Source: Eubacteriales bacterium (GTDB lineage: Bacteria > Bacillota > Clostridia > Christensenellales > DUVY01). From it: DNA of 20,242 nt. A program made the position numbers and the translations under genes. The notes beneath the pieces were generated by a model that did no database searches, was not told the DNA's origin, and saw nothing but the letters and a program-made list of their open reading frames with translations. The stretch spans positions 1-20,242 of the forward strand of contig JAVBLK010000017.1 in assembly GCA_031553565.1 (NCBI GenBank), given 5' to 3'. Of this stretch, positions 7,167-15,448 are shown in pieces. Positions within the stretch are counted from its first letter, which is position 1, and every line of letters starts with the position of its first letter.

Positions 7167-8246
7167 GTGTTTGAAAAACTGGCAGGAATAAAGCAGAGGT
7201 ACGAGGAGCTCAGCAAGCAGGTCTCCGACCCTTCGATAATAGGCAGCCGCGAGAAATGGACGCCCCTTGTAAAGGAGCATTCGTCGCTTACGCCAATTGT
7301 GGAGACATACGACAGGTATTTAAAGGCCGACGCGGATCTTAAAGAGGCGCAGGGCATGCTGAAGGGCGAATCTGACCCGTTAATGCGCGAATTCTTACAA
7401 GGCGAGATCGACAGGAACCTTCAGGAAACGGCTAAGATCGAGGAAGAGCTGAAAATACTGTTGCTGCCGGTCGATCCCGACGACGACAAGGACGTCATAA
7501 TCGAGGTCAGGGCGGGCGCGGGCGGCGACGAGGCGGGCTTGTTCGGCGCGCAGATCGTGCGTATGTACAAGATGTACGCTGCGCTTATGGGTTGGAAGGT
7601 CGAGGATATCGACTATAACGAGTCCGAGGCGGGCGGTATCAAGGAAGCCACTATTTCTATATCGGGCAAGATGGTCTACAGCAATTTAAAGTACGAGAGC
7701 GGCGTGCACAGGGTGCAGAGGGTGCCCGAGACCGAGACCCAGGGGCGCGTCCATACCTCTACTATTACCGTCGCGGTATTGCCCGAGGTCGAGGAAGTGA
7801 CGGTAGAAGTATTGGAAAAGGACCTGAAGATCGACACATACAGATCGGGCGGCGCGGGCGGCCAGCATGTCAACAAGACCGAGAGCGCGATCAGGATCAC
7901 ACATTTACCGACAGGCGTCATCGTCGCGTGCCAGGACGAACGCAGCCAGATAAAGAACCGCGAAAAGGCGATGAAGGCGTTGCGCGCAAAGCTTTACGAT
8001 ATGCAGAAGCTCGAGGCCGAAAAGAATTACGCGGGGATGAGGAAGGCGCAGATAGGCACGGGCGACCGCAGCGAACGTATCAGGACGTACAATTTTCCGC
8101 AGGGGCGCGTCAGCGACCACAGGATCAACCTGACCCTGTACAACATCCAGTACTTTATGAACGGCGAGATAGGCGAGATGATAGAGGCTTTGAGGATAGC
8201 CGCGCAGGCCGCCGCCCTCCAGGGCGCCGCCGGGAATCAGGCGTGA
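7167..8246 (+). CDS. prfA: Peptide chain release factor 1, 359 aa, GTG start
   Basis: The GGQ motif (SGGAGGQHVNKTESA), the PxT-class RF1 domain architecture and the N-terminal LAGIKQRYEELSKQVSDPSII all match RF1. Confidence 0.9.
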   Translation: MFEKLAGIKQRYEELSKQVSDPSIIGSREKWTPLVKEHSSLTPIVETYDRYLKADADLKEAQGMLKGESDPLMREFLQGEIDRNLQETAKIEEELKILLLPVDPDDDKDVIIEVRAGAGGDEAGLFGAQIVRMYKMYAALMGWKVEDIDYNESEAGGIKEATISISGKMVYSNLKYESGVHRVQRVPETETQGRVHTSTITVAVLPEVEEVTVEVLEKDLKIDTYRSGGAGGQHVNKTESAIRITHLPTGVIVACQDERSQIKNREKAMKALRAKLYDMQKLEAEKNYAGMRKAQIGTGDRSERIRTYNFPQGRVSDHRINLTLYNIQYFMNGEIGEMIEALRIAAQAAALQGAAGNQA

Positions 8247-8461
8247 TACGGGCTACGTGCGGCAATCCCGCCTCGGTCACGTAGGTCACGACTACGCTCC
8301 CTCGGCGGTTTACCGCCTGTTGCCCGTCTGCCGCCTGATTCCCGACGGCTTGACGCGGGTGCATAAGGGGCATGATCCGGGCTGCGTGCGGAAAATCTAT
8401 CGTATGTCAGCGCGGCGAAGCCACTTTTTTTATGAAAATGGCGGTTTGGCGGCAGATATGC

Positions 8462-8490
8462 TTTACTTTATGGGCGGTATATGGTAAAAT
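8462..8490 (+). promoter_or_regulatory. Candidate promoter with an extended -10 (TTTACT-17 nt-TGgTAAAAT)
   Basis: A TG-extended -10 TAAAAT lies at 8485-8490 and -35 TTTACT at 8462-8467. It would drive an ~80-nt transcript that ends at the 8551-8580 terminator. Confidence 0.4.
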
Positions 8491-8496
8491 ACTACA

Positions 8497-8580
8497 AGTG
8501 TTAGGAAAGTTCGGCGGAAAAACAAATTGATCCACGGGTACTCGTTCAAAGGGTTGAAAATAGGTTCAACCCTTTTTATA
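8497..8580 (+). ncRNA. Candidate small RNA (~80 nt) between prfA and purF, bounded by a promoter and an intrinsic terminator. No family assigned
   Basis: A promoter-like element sits upstream and a GGGTTGAA-AATAG-GTTCAACCC hairpin plus TTTTT sits downstream. No ORF lies inside. Confidence 0.3.
8551..8580 (+). terminator. Rho-independent terminator (GGGTTGAAC stem, TTTTTATATTT tail)
   Basis: Perfect stem at 8551-8558 / 8565-8572, followed by five T residues. Confidence 0.75.
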
Positions 8581-8619
8581 TTTATCCGGGAGCCTGTTTT
8601 TGGAAAATCGGCGCGGAAG

Positions 8620-8778
8620 AAAAAGTAAAGAAGTTTAGGAATCGCTGAATAATTCGATATAATTTAGTAGCGGCGTCTTTTTCGGATGAAAACGTCTTCT
8701 TTTATTGCCAATAGTTCTACTATTTGCTGCAAAAACAAGCCGTTTTCATACTGAAAAATACTTGCCCTAAATTAACCT
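8620..8778 (+). repeat. MITE-like repeat, copy C, flanked on both sides by TTTA
   Basis: It aligns with copy A over its whole length and has the same orientation. TTTA occurs at 8616-8619 and again at 8779-8782, a possible target-site duplication. Confidence 0.7.
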
Positions 8779-8854
8779 CATTTATTCATCGGTTCCTTTA
8801 AAGTAGATTTACTAAATTGTATTTTATGCGCCTTGTTAGCGGAGGATAGTACAT

Positions 8855-10237
8855 ATGAGAAAGCTTAACGAAGAGTGCGGTGTGTTCGGAATATACGGGC
8901 ATCCGGACGCGGCAAAGATGACGTATTACGGGCTTTACGCGCTGCAGCACCGCGGACAGGAAAGCTGCGGCATAGCCGTAAACGACGACGGCAATATAAA
9001 GCTTGTACGCGATATGGGCCTTGTCAACGAGGTGTTCAACACCGGGAATATGGCCGGTATGACAGGGAATATCGCCATCGGCCACGTGCGCTACGCCGTG
9101 CAGAGCGAGGCTAACCGCGAGAACGCACAGCCGCTGGTATCGCGCTATGTCAAGGGCAGCCTGTCCATGGCGTACAACGGCTGTCTTTTAAACGCGGGCG
9201 ACCTGCGCGGAAATCTGGAGAGCAAGGGCGCAATATTCCATTGCACCAACGACGCCGAAGTCATAATGCACCTTTTGGCGATTGCGAGGACGCGCACGCA
9301 TTCAATAGAGGAGTCGGCAGAGGAGGTCATGAATAAGCTTGCGGGCGCGTATTCGATAGTTCTCATGAGCCCGCGCAAGATGCTGGGGATGCGCGACCCC
9401 AACGGTTTTAGGCCGCTATGCATAGGGACTTTGGGCGACAGCTATATTTTGGCGTCCGAATCCAGCGCGTTCGACGTTATCGGCGCCAGCTTCTTACGCG
9501 ACGTCAATCCCGGCGAGATAGTCCTTATCGACGGCCAAGGGCTGCACAGTATCATGCCCGTAAAGAAGCGGAAGCCGTCGTTATGCGTGTTCGAATACGT
9601 ATATTTTGCGCGGCCGGACAGCGTGATCGACGGCGTCAGCGTCTATGACGCCAGGCTTGCGGCAGGCAAACTGCTGGCCAAGGCCCATCCGGTCGCGGCC
9701 GACATAGTTATCGGCGTCCCCGACAGCGGCCTTACGTTTGCGGCAGGCTATGCCGAGGGCAGCGGGATCCCGCTGCGCGACGGCTTTATCAAGAACAGAT
9801 ATACCGGCAGGACCTTTATCAAGCCAAAGCAGAGCGAGAGGGAAATGGCCGTCAGTATTAAGCTGAACGTGCTTAAAACGAACGTTGCGGGAAAGCGCGT
9901 GGTCATGGTCGACGACAGCATCGTGCGCGGCACGACCTGCTCCAATATCATAAAGGCGCTCAAAAAAGCCGGGGCGAAGGAAGTGCATATGCGCGTCGCC
10001 TCGCCGGCGTTTTTGTGGCCGTGCTATTTCGGCACAGACATCCCGCAAAGGAAAGACCTTATCGCTGTCAGTATGACGCTGGAACAGATACGCGAAAGGA
10101 TAGGCGCCGATACGCTGGCGTACCTTCCGTTAAAGGATATCCCGAATATGGCGCTGCGATCCGATTTCGGCTATTGCACCGCCTGTTTTGACGGCAAGAC
10201 GCCGATAAAGATACCCCCGCACATGGTAATAAACTGA
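8855..10237 (+). CDS. purF: Amidophosphoribosyltransferase PurF (class II glutamine amidotransferase with a 4Fe-4S cluster), 460 aa
   Basis: The MRKLNEE propeptide is followed by the catalytic Cys (CGVFGI). There is a PRTase motif (VVMVDDSIVRGTT), C-terminal cluster cysteines (CYFGTD, CTACFDG) and GGAGGA 9 nt upstream of the ATG. Confidence 0.9.
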   Translation: MRKLNEECGVFGIYGHPDAAKMTYYGLYALQHRGQESCGIAVNDDGNIKLVRDMGLVNEVFNTGNMAGMTGNIAIGHVRYAVQSEANRENAQPLVSRYVKGSLSMAYNGCLLNAGDLRGNLESKGAIFHCTNDAEVIMHLLAIARTRTHSIEESAEEVMNKLAGAYSIVLMSPRKMLGMRDPNGFRPLCIGTLGDSYILASESSAFDVIGASFLRDVNPGEIVLIDGQGLHSIMPVKKRKPSLCVFEYVYFARPDSVIDGVSVYDARLAAGKLLAKAHPVAADIVIGVPDSGLTFAAGYAEGSGIPLRDGFIKNRYTGRTFIKPKQSEREMAVSIKLNVLKTNVAGKRVVMVDDSIVRGTTCSNIIKALKKAGAKEVHMRVASPAFLWPCYFGTDIPQRKDLIAVSMTLEQIRERIGADTLAYLPLKDIPNMALRSDFGYCTACFDGKTPIKIPPHMVIN

Positions 10238-10252
10238 TTTTTGGAAGCTGTC

Positions 10253-10281
10253 TTGACATCGTGGCACAATTATGCTATTAT
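10253..10281 (+). promoter_or_regulatory. Strong sigma-70 promoter (TTGACA-17 nt-TATTAT) driving the antitoxin/toxin pair
   Basis: Consensus -35 TTGACA at 10253-10258, an exactly 17-nt spacer, and -10 TATTAT at 10276-10281. A GGAGGTG Shine-Dalgarno sequence lies upstream of the ATG at 10310. Confidence 0.7.
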
Positions 10282-10309
10282 TATGATACGATAATAGCGG
10301 AGGTGTAAA

Positions 10310-10573
10310 ATGGCGATGATAATACCTATCAGGGATTTGAGAAAGACAAGCGAGATTTCCGAAATATGCAATAAAACTTCGGAACCGGTGTTCGTGACGA
10401 AAAACGGGTACGGCGATTTGGTCATTATGAGTATGAAGGCTTATAATGAAAAAATGGCGGTTCTTGATATTTTGCACAACGTACAGGAAGCCGAAGACGA
10501 AATCGCAGGGGGCGCAAAGCTGTTAGACGGGCGCGAAGCCGTCGCGTCGCTTAAAAAGAAATATGCGGAATAG
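10310..10573 (+). CDS. Phd/YefM-family type II antitoxin, 87 aa
   Basis: IPIRDLRKTSEISE...EPVFVTKNGYGDLVIMSMKAYNE matches the Phd/YefM fold signature. It overlaps the downstream toxin ORF by 11 nt. Confidence 0.75.
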   Translation: MAMIIPIRDLRKTSEISEICNKTSEPVFVTKNGYGDLVIMSMKAYNEKMAVLDILHNVQEAEDEIAGGAKLLDGREAVASLKKKYAE

Positions 10574-10745
10574 TTACCGGCTCTCGCCCAAGGCGGCGCG
10601 CGATTTGGATAAAATCTGCGTATATATCAGTTCGGAATTGAAGAATTCGAAGGCTGCTCTGGATCTTCTGGACGATTTTGAAAAAGCTTTTATCAATCTT
10701 GAAAGCTTTCCCGAAAGCTGTCCGTTGTCTCGCGATGGACTATGA
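10563..10745 (+). pseudogene. ParE/RelE-family toxin, cut short by a premature stop (60 aa present, so it lacks roughly 35 aa of a normal ParE)
   Basis: The N-terminus (YRLSPKAARDLDKICVYIS...AALDLLDDFEKAFINLESFPESCP) matches ParE, but a stop at 10743 comes before the C-terminal beta-sheet region. All three forward frames close within about 40 nt downstream. Confidence 0.6.
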
Positions 10746-10793
10746 AAATCTGATCTGACTTATGCCTTTTGTCTTTAGAAGAGAAAATCAATA

Positions 10794-10827
10794 CGCCCCT
10801 GCGTAATTTCCGGGAGGGGCGTTTTTA
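10794..10827. terminator. Intrinsic terminator shared by the convergent toxin-antitoxin operon (+) and metA (-): CGCCCCT-14 nt loop-AGGGGCG + TTTTT
   Basis: A 7-bp GC stem with T tracts on both strands (TTTTT on the + strand; ATTGATTTT on the - strand). Confidence 0.65.
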
Positions 10828-10865
10828 GTCTAGAAAACAAAAAAACGGATATTTATGGCACTTTA

Positions 10866-11780
10866 CTATATCTTGCTGATATCGTACGGGGTTTCCTGGT
10901 ATACGCAGTAGTTCAGCCAGTTGGCGAAAAGGATGTGGGAGTGGGCGCGCCAGACGTTTCGCGGCTTCTTAGTTTCATCGTTGTCAGGATAGTAATGCAG
11001 GGGTTTTTCGATAGGCAGCCCGGCTTTTAAGTCGCGCTTATATTCGCGGTCAAGGGTGTCGGCGTCGTATTCGCCGTGGCCGGTCACAAATATCTGTCTG
11101 AGGTCGCGGCTGGCGGCCAGATATACGCCGGCCTCGCCGCTTTCGCAAAGCAGTTCCAGCTTGTCGCAGGCCAGGATATCCTCGCGTTTTATAAACGTAT
11201 GGCGGCTGTGCGGCGCCCAAAAGACCTCGTCAAAGCCGCGCACGATCGGGTTGTTGAGGTTAAGCACGTTGTGCGGGAAAATGCCGAAAACTTTTTTGTC
11301 CGTATCGTATTTGTTTATGCCGTAGTGATAGTACAGGCCGGCCTGCGCCGCCCAGCAGATATAAAGGGTGGAAAAGACGTTCTTATCCGCCCACTTCATT
11401 ATTTTAGTCAGCTCCTTCCAGTATTTTACGTCCTGAAAATCCAGCTTTTCGACCGGCGCGCCGGTTATGATAAGGCCGTCGAATTTTTCCTTCTCGATCT
11501 GCTTGAACGTGCGGTAAAACTCGGCGAGGTGGCTTTCGGATGTATTGCGGCTTTTATAGGTTTCGGTGTGCAAAAGAACGGCGTCCACCTGCAGCGGCGT
11601 GTTTCCGATAAGCCGCAGAAGCTGCGTTTCGGTGACCTCTTTCGTAGGCATCAAATTGAGTATGGCGATCCTGAGCGGCCTTATCTCCTGGCTTTCGGCG
11701 CGCTGGGCGGTCATAACGAATATATTTTCCTGCTCCAGGAGTTTCTTGGCGGGAAGATTAGATGGTATCCTTACCGGCAT
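10866..11780 (-). CDS. metA: Homoserine O-acyltransferase MetA, 305 aa from the second in-frame Met
   Basis: [11 protein letters not shown]...ENIFVM...[13 protein letters not shown]...GNTPLQV are MetA family blocks. AAAGGAGA lies 6 nt upstream of the ATG at 11780, which is why this start was chosen over the ORF-track start at 11819. Confidence 0.85.
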   Translation of the reverse strand: MPVRIPSNLPAKKLLEQENIFVMTAQRAESQEIRPLRIAILNLMPTKEVTETQLLRLIGNTPLQVDAVLLHTETYKSRNTSESHLAEFYRTFKQIEKEKFDGLIITGAPVEKLDFQDVKYWKELTKIMKWADKNVFSTLYICWAAQAGLYYHYGINKYDTDKKVFGIFPHNVLNLNNPIVRGFDEVFWAPHSRHTFIKREDILACDKLELLCESGEAGVYLAASRDLRQIFVTGHGEYDADTLDREYKRDLKAGLPIEKPLHYYPDNDETKKPRNVWRAHSHILFANWLNYCVYQETPYDISKI

Positions 11781-11900
11781 AGTCGTTCTCCTTTTCAATG
11801 CCCTGCGCGCCGGGATCAAACGTCAAAAAGCGGTCGGTCTGTTCGGCGGAGCGGCAAACTGAAAGTTTTCTTGCAAGTTTCTTACTTGTAAGTTCCTTAC

Positions 11901-11930
11901 ATAATAATATATTACACTCGTAAAAGTCAA
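11901..11930 (-). promoter_or_regulatory. Candidate sigma-70 promoter for metA (minus strand TTGACT-17/18 nt-TATTAT)
   Basis: Read on the minus strand: AGTTGACTTTTACGAGTGTAATATATTATTATG. It is followed by the direct-repeat motif AACTTACAAGTAAG / AAACTTGCAAG in the leader. Confidence 0.5.
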
Positions 11931-12198
11931 CTGCGCGGCTTTTTAAGGGCGGCTGAAATCGCGTTGGCCCGGCCTCCCGGAGAAAAAAAGCGGCAAATTA
12001 AAAACTGATTAGAATGGCATTAGACGTGTATTAGAAACGCCAAACGCTATAGCTTTTCATATTTTCACAGGAGTATAATGTAACCATACAAAGGCGCTGC
12101 CGCTGGGCTTAAGAGGCCGGGGCAAAGAAAGGCCGAGGCAACGGAAGGGCAGGACAGATTAATGAAAAGCCAGAAACTACAGGAGGCAAAGGAAACAG

Positions 12199-12816
12199 AT
12201 GAACAAGTATGAATACCTTGACGAGTTGAGGAGGCGTATCGGCAGGCTGCCGCAATACGACATTGATAACGCGGTCAACGCTTATTCGGTCGAGATCGGC
12301 AGGATGCTTGACGAGGAGTGGGACTGGGGCAGGATCGAAGGCGCGATCGGCAGCCCGAAAGAGGCGGCACGGCGCGTTTTGGACGGAAGGCCGGTTTATG
12401 TATCGCAAAACAATATGCCCGGCTATCGCTATAACGGCCCCGGCGTTTACCAAAGCGCATACGGCGGGGGCGCGAACGGCGGCGCGCAGGGCAACGCGCC
12501 AAAGAGCAAACGCGGCGCCTTCTGGAAGTATTATTTCATTTTCGGGCTTATCACGATACCGCTTACGATAGCTGCGCTTGCCACGGCATTCGCGCTGTGC
12601 GCCGCGGCATTCGGCCTTGCGGCGGGCGGCGCGGCGGCGATAATATACTCGGTAATAATCGGCATAACCACCGGGTCGCTTTTAGTGTTTTTAACATACT
12701 GCGGCGCGGCGCTGCTTGTACTGGGCACAGGCTTGTTATTTGCGTGGGTCATAAAGATAGTTTTTAAGTCGGTCATCGCGCTGCTGGGCGGCAAAAACCG
12801 TAGGGCGGAGGAATAA
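12199..12816 (+). CDS. DUF1700-family membrane protein, 205 aa, with an N-terminal cytoplasmic helical domain and C-terminal transmembrane helices
   Basis: MNKYEYLDELRRRIGRLPQYDIDNAVNAYSVEI...GSPKEAARRVL matches the DUF1700 N-terminal signature. It contains a Gly-rich linker and hydrophobic C-terminal segments. The RBS is AGGAGG/AAGGAAA. Confidence 0.65.
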   Translation: MNKYEYLDELRRRIGRLPQYDIDNAVNAYSVEIGRMLDEEWDWGRIEGAIGSPKEAARRVLDGRPVYVSQNNMPGYRYNGPGVYQSAYGGGANGGAQGNAPKSKRGAFWKYYFIFGLITIPLTIAALATAFALCAAAFGLAAGGAAAIIYSVIIGITTGSLLVFLTYCGAALLVLGTGLLFAWVIKIVFKSVIALLGGKNRRAEE

Positions 12817-12819
12817 GAA

Positions 12820-13848
12820 ATGAAAGAACGCAAGAATAAACATAGGTTACTGATAACCGCCATAGTAATTATTGTGCTGGGTGCGGCGGCTGTGGGCGGC
12901 GCGGCGCTTTCGGGCGGGCTGGAGCGCGATGCCTGGTCAAGCGCGGACGCGAAGCTGCGCGCGGCAAAGGGCTATTACGAGCAGCCCGAGGTAAGATCCG
13001 TCAGCTATGGGACGGACGAGATAGAGTCGATCTCCATGACGCTTAAACATGACAGCGTCATGGTGGCGGCGGGCGAGGGCGACAGGATAGATTTTAAGTA
13101 TTTTATTGATTACGAGAATCAATATGAGATCAGCGCGGACAACAAAACTCTCAGCGTTGTCAGGAATGCCGACCCCGCGGGGATAAAGGGCATGCTGCTG
13201 TATCCGGATCTGTCGTGGATCCTCGGCGCTTTTGACGGCGAGCCTGTATACGATATCATTATAACGGTGCCGCAAGACTTTGAAATGACAAATCTTACAA
13301 TAACCGGCGCCAGCGGCAATTTCCATGTGGAAAATGTTGCGGCGGAAGTCATGGATCTGACGCTTGACAGCGGCAACATTACCGCGGAGAACGTCAAGGC
13401 CGGGAACCTCAATGCCGGGGCGCACAGCGGTAACGTGACGGTCTCGGGCGCGGCGGCGGATAAGCTGGATGCCCGGCTTACCAGCGGCAGCCTGAAAGTT
13501 AAGGACAGCGCGGTCAGCGGCGGTATCATCGCTCAGCTTACCAGCGGCAACGCGACTTTTACGGGGACGGCCGCGCAGTCCTGCGAGGCGGGGATCACCA
13601 GCGGCAATCTGAGGCTTATCGGTTGTACAATATACAAAAACGAGCTTTCGGCAAGGAGCGGCAATATTACCTTAAAGGATCTGCCGCAAGGATTCACGTC
13701 GGAAACGGCCGGTTTTGATATAAGGGTCGGCAGCGGCGCTATCAGGGTAGACGGCAAAAGCCGCGGCGGCAGCTTTAAGGCATCCCCGGAAAACCCTCTT
13801 TACACAGTAACTGCGCAGCTTACCAGCGGCAGCTTTAAATTCAATTGA
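12820..13848 (+). CDS. DUF4097-family (LiaG-like, putative beta-helix adhesin-type) protein, 342 aa, with an N-terminal signal/anchor
   Basis: Repeated ~20-aa beta-strand units with the pattern TSGN(I/L/A)T(V/L)... (LTSGSLKVKD, LTSGNATFTG, ITSGNLRLIG, RSGNITLKDL), typical of DUF4097. It is translationally coupled (3-nt gap) to the DUF1700 gene, which is the usual arrangement. Confidence 0.7.
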   Translation: MKERKNKHRLLITAIVIIVLGAAAVGGAALSGGLERDAWSSADAKLRAAKGYYEQPEVRSVSYGTDEIESISMTLKHDSVMVAAGEGDRIDFKYFIDYENQYEISADNKTLSVVRNADPAGIKGMLLYPDLSWILGAFDGEPVYDIIITVPQDFEMTNLTITGASGNFHVENVAAEVMDLTLDSGNITAENVKAGNLNAGAHSGNVTVSGAAADKLDARLTSGSLKVKDSAVSGGIIAQLTSGNATFTGTAAQSCEAGITSGNLRLIGCTIYKNELSARSGNITLKDLPQGFTSETAGFDIRVGSGAIRVDGKSRGGSFKASPENPLYTVTAQLTSGSFKFN

Positions 13849-13914
13849 CGCGGCGTGATCGGAAAGTAAAATGAAAGATTAGAATCAGTTTAAAACATAA
13901 TAAATAACCGTACA

Positions 13915-13965
13915 GAAACCCTTGCTGTTTATATAATAGAATTATGAAGCAGCAGGGTTTTTCTG
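13915..13965 (+). terminator. Probable terminator (imperfect AAACCCTTGCTG / CAGCAGGGTTT stem with a large loop, then TTTTTC)
   Basis: Seen in the sequence. The stem carries one bulge and a ~22-nt AT-rich loop. Confidence 0.4.
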
Positions 13966-13999
13966 ATATGTGCGGCAGCAGTGCCGGCGCAGTGAAGGA

Positions 14000-14028
14000 T
14001 TGACCTTGGCGGTAAAATGATATATAAT
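14000..14028 (+). promoter_or_regulatory. Sigma-70 promoter (TTGACC-17 nt-TATAAT) for the nfeD-SPFH-floT operon
   Basis: -35 at 14000-14005, a 17-nt spacer, and a perfect -10 TATAAT at 14023-14028. Confidence 0.7.
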
Positions 14029-14093
14029 TATTTTACGCCTCTGAAGCGATCATTCTGAAGAAACAGAAAGCCTAAATTTGTCCGGGGAGGTAT

Positions 14094-14843
14094 ATGAGGA
14101 TGTTATTACTAAGTTTGACTTCATGGTGGGGAGACCTCAACAATTTCACAAAGGTATTTTATATAATCGCGATAGCGGCCAGCCTTATCCTGCTTATACA
14201 GCTGATCATCGCTATGTTCGGCTTCGGGCATGACGCGGACGTCGGCGGCGCGGACGCGGATATGGGCGGCGACGTCGGCGCGGGCGGCGCGGATTACGAC
14301 GCGGGGACAGACCTTGGCGGGCATGATATCGCGCATGACGCCGGCGGGCACGACGTCAGCCACGGCGGCGCGGGATTAAGGCTGTTCTCCGTGCAGACGA
14401 TAGTCAGCTTTCTGGTCACCTTCGGCTGGAGCGGCGTGGCCTTCGGCAGCACCGCAATGCCCCAATGGCTTGCGTTTATCATAGCGTTCCTTATCGGTAC
14501 AGTGACGCTTTTCGGTATGGCGAAGCTGATGCAGGCGATGATGAAATTACAGTCTGCGGGCAACATCGACTTAAAGAATGCCGTCGGGCTTTCGGGCGAG
14601 GTATATATCCCCGTGCCGGCAAACCAGGGCGGCATGGGCAAGGTCAATATAACGATACAGGGACGCCTCGGCGAATATAACGCGGTAACCTTAGGCGAAG
14701 AGCTCTTAAAGACCGGCGTGTTTGTTAAAGTTGCCGAGGTGCGCGGAAACACCTTGGTAGTTGTAAAGGACGACGGGGCAAGGCTGCCGCAAACTGAAAC
14801 AGCGGATGCGCAAATTGAAGTAAAGCCCAAAAAGCGCAAGTAA
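14094..14843 (+). CDS. NfeD-like membrane protein (YuaF/YqeZ type) with a C-terminal OB-fold domain and an unusual Asp/His/Gly-rich insert, 249 aa
   Basis: N-terminal transmembrane helices; a low-complexity acidic segment GHDADVGGADADMGGDVGAGGADYDAGTDLGGHDIAHDAGGHDVSHGG; further transmembrane helices; and a C-terminal beta-rich region (GEVYIPVP...GKVNITIQGRLGEYNAV...VFVKVAEVRGNTLVVV). The gene sits directly upstream of SPFH genes. Confidence 0.7.
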   Translation: MRMLLLSLTSWWGDLNNFTKVFYIIAIAASLILLIQLIIAMFGFGHDADVGGADADMGGDVGAGGADYDAGTDLGGHDIAHDAGGHDVSHGGAGLRLFSVQTIVSFLVTFGWSGVAFGSTAMPQWLAFIIAFLIGTVTLFGMAKLMQAMMKLQSAGNIDLKNAVGLSGEVYIPVPANQGGMGKVNITIQGRLGEYNAVTLGEELLKTGVFVKVAEVRGNTLVVVKDDGARLPQTETADAQIEVKPKKRK

Positions 14844-14867
14844 TTTAAGGCATGAGGGAGAAACGAT

Positions 14868-15404
14868 ATGCCGCTTGGAGTAGTGATAGGCACACTTGCC
14901 GCAGTAATATTAGTATGCATAGCTGTGATCGCTTTATGGATGTCACGATATAAGAAATGCCCGTCCGACAAGATTATGGTCATCTACGGTAAGGTCGGCG
15001 TCGATAAAGAGGGCAAACCAATAACGGCAAAGTGCTTGCACGGCGGCGCGGCATTTATTATGCCGGTAATCCAGGCCTACGCTTTCCTCGATCTTGCGCC
15101 TATCGGCATCGAGATCGCGCTGTCGCAGGAAGAGGGCAGCTTTAGGGGAACTTTCGCGGTCGCGGTTTCAACCGAGCCGGGGCTTATGCAATGCGCTGCC
15201 GAAAGGCTGATGGCGCTGTCCAGAAAAGATATTGCCGAGCTTGCGGACAGCATATTGCGCAGCCACGTACGCCAGATATTGTTTGATAAAAGCGCAGGCC
15301 GCCGCGAGATAGCGCAAACAATTGCGGAGGCAGCCGGGCCGGATCTAAATAAAGTAGGCCTCCATATTGTTAACGCAGACATTTCAGAATACAAGCTTAT
15401 ATAA
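14868..15404 (+). CDS. Short SPFH (band-7) domain protein, 178 aa. It is a diverged tandem paralogue of the N-terminal half of the downstream flotillin
   Basis: SRYKKCPSDKIMVIYGKVG...HGGAAFIMPVIQAYAFLDL parallels SRYKRCPADKILVIYGKVG...HGGAAFIMPVTQSFQFLDL in the next gene. It ends where the flotillin coiled-coil would begin. Its RBS is GAGGGAGA. Confidence 0.7.
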   Translation: MPLGVVIGTLAAVILVCIAVIALWMSRYKKCPSDKIMVIYGKVGVDKEGKPITAKCLHGGAAFIMPVIQAYAFLDLAPIGIEIALSQEEGSFRGTFAVAVSTEPGLMQCAAERLMALSRKDIAELADSILRSHVRQILFDKSAGRREIAQTIAEAAGPDLNKVGLHIVNADISEYKLI

Positions 15405-15448
15405 ATAGGCAAAGTATATAAAGCAACTTATAAAAGGAGAACGGAACA

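Noticed and set aside
5150-8373. Long antisense ORFs within the DUF1385::prmC and prfA genes (5150-5614 -, 5340-5702 -, 6320-6793 -, 7928-8284 +, 8155-8373 -)
   Set aside because: GC-rich coding DNA yields long open antisense frames. Their compositions are Arg/Pro/Ala-rich and they have no RBS.
8257-8487. 76-aa ORF downstream of prfA
   Set aside because: It has an Arg/His/Gly-rich low-complexity composition and no RBS. I treat the region as noncoding (see the finding on the GC-rich tract).
8586-8854. Possible purine riboswitch upstream of purF
   Set aside because: The guanine/adenine riboswitch core (UAUA...GUUUCUACC...CCGUAAAU) is absent. The region is occupied by the MITE-like repeat.
11781-12100. 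S-box (SAM-I) riboswitch in the metA leader
   Set aside because: No GGTGGAGGGA or GCAACC-type conserved blocks were found on the minus strand.
12937-14983. Minus-strand ORFs 12937-13425, 13119-13529 and 14294-14983 (229 aa)
   Set aside because: They are antisense to the DUF4097 and NfeD genes. They are Ser/Ala/Pro-rich, which is typical of antisense GC-rich coding DNA.
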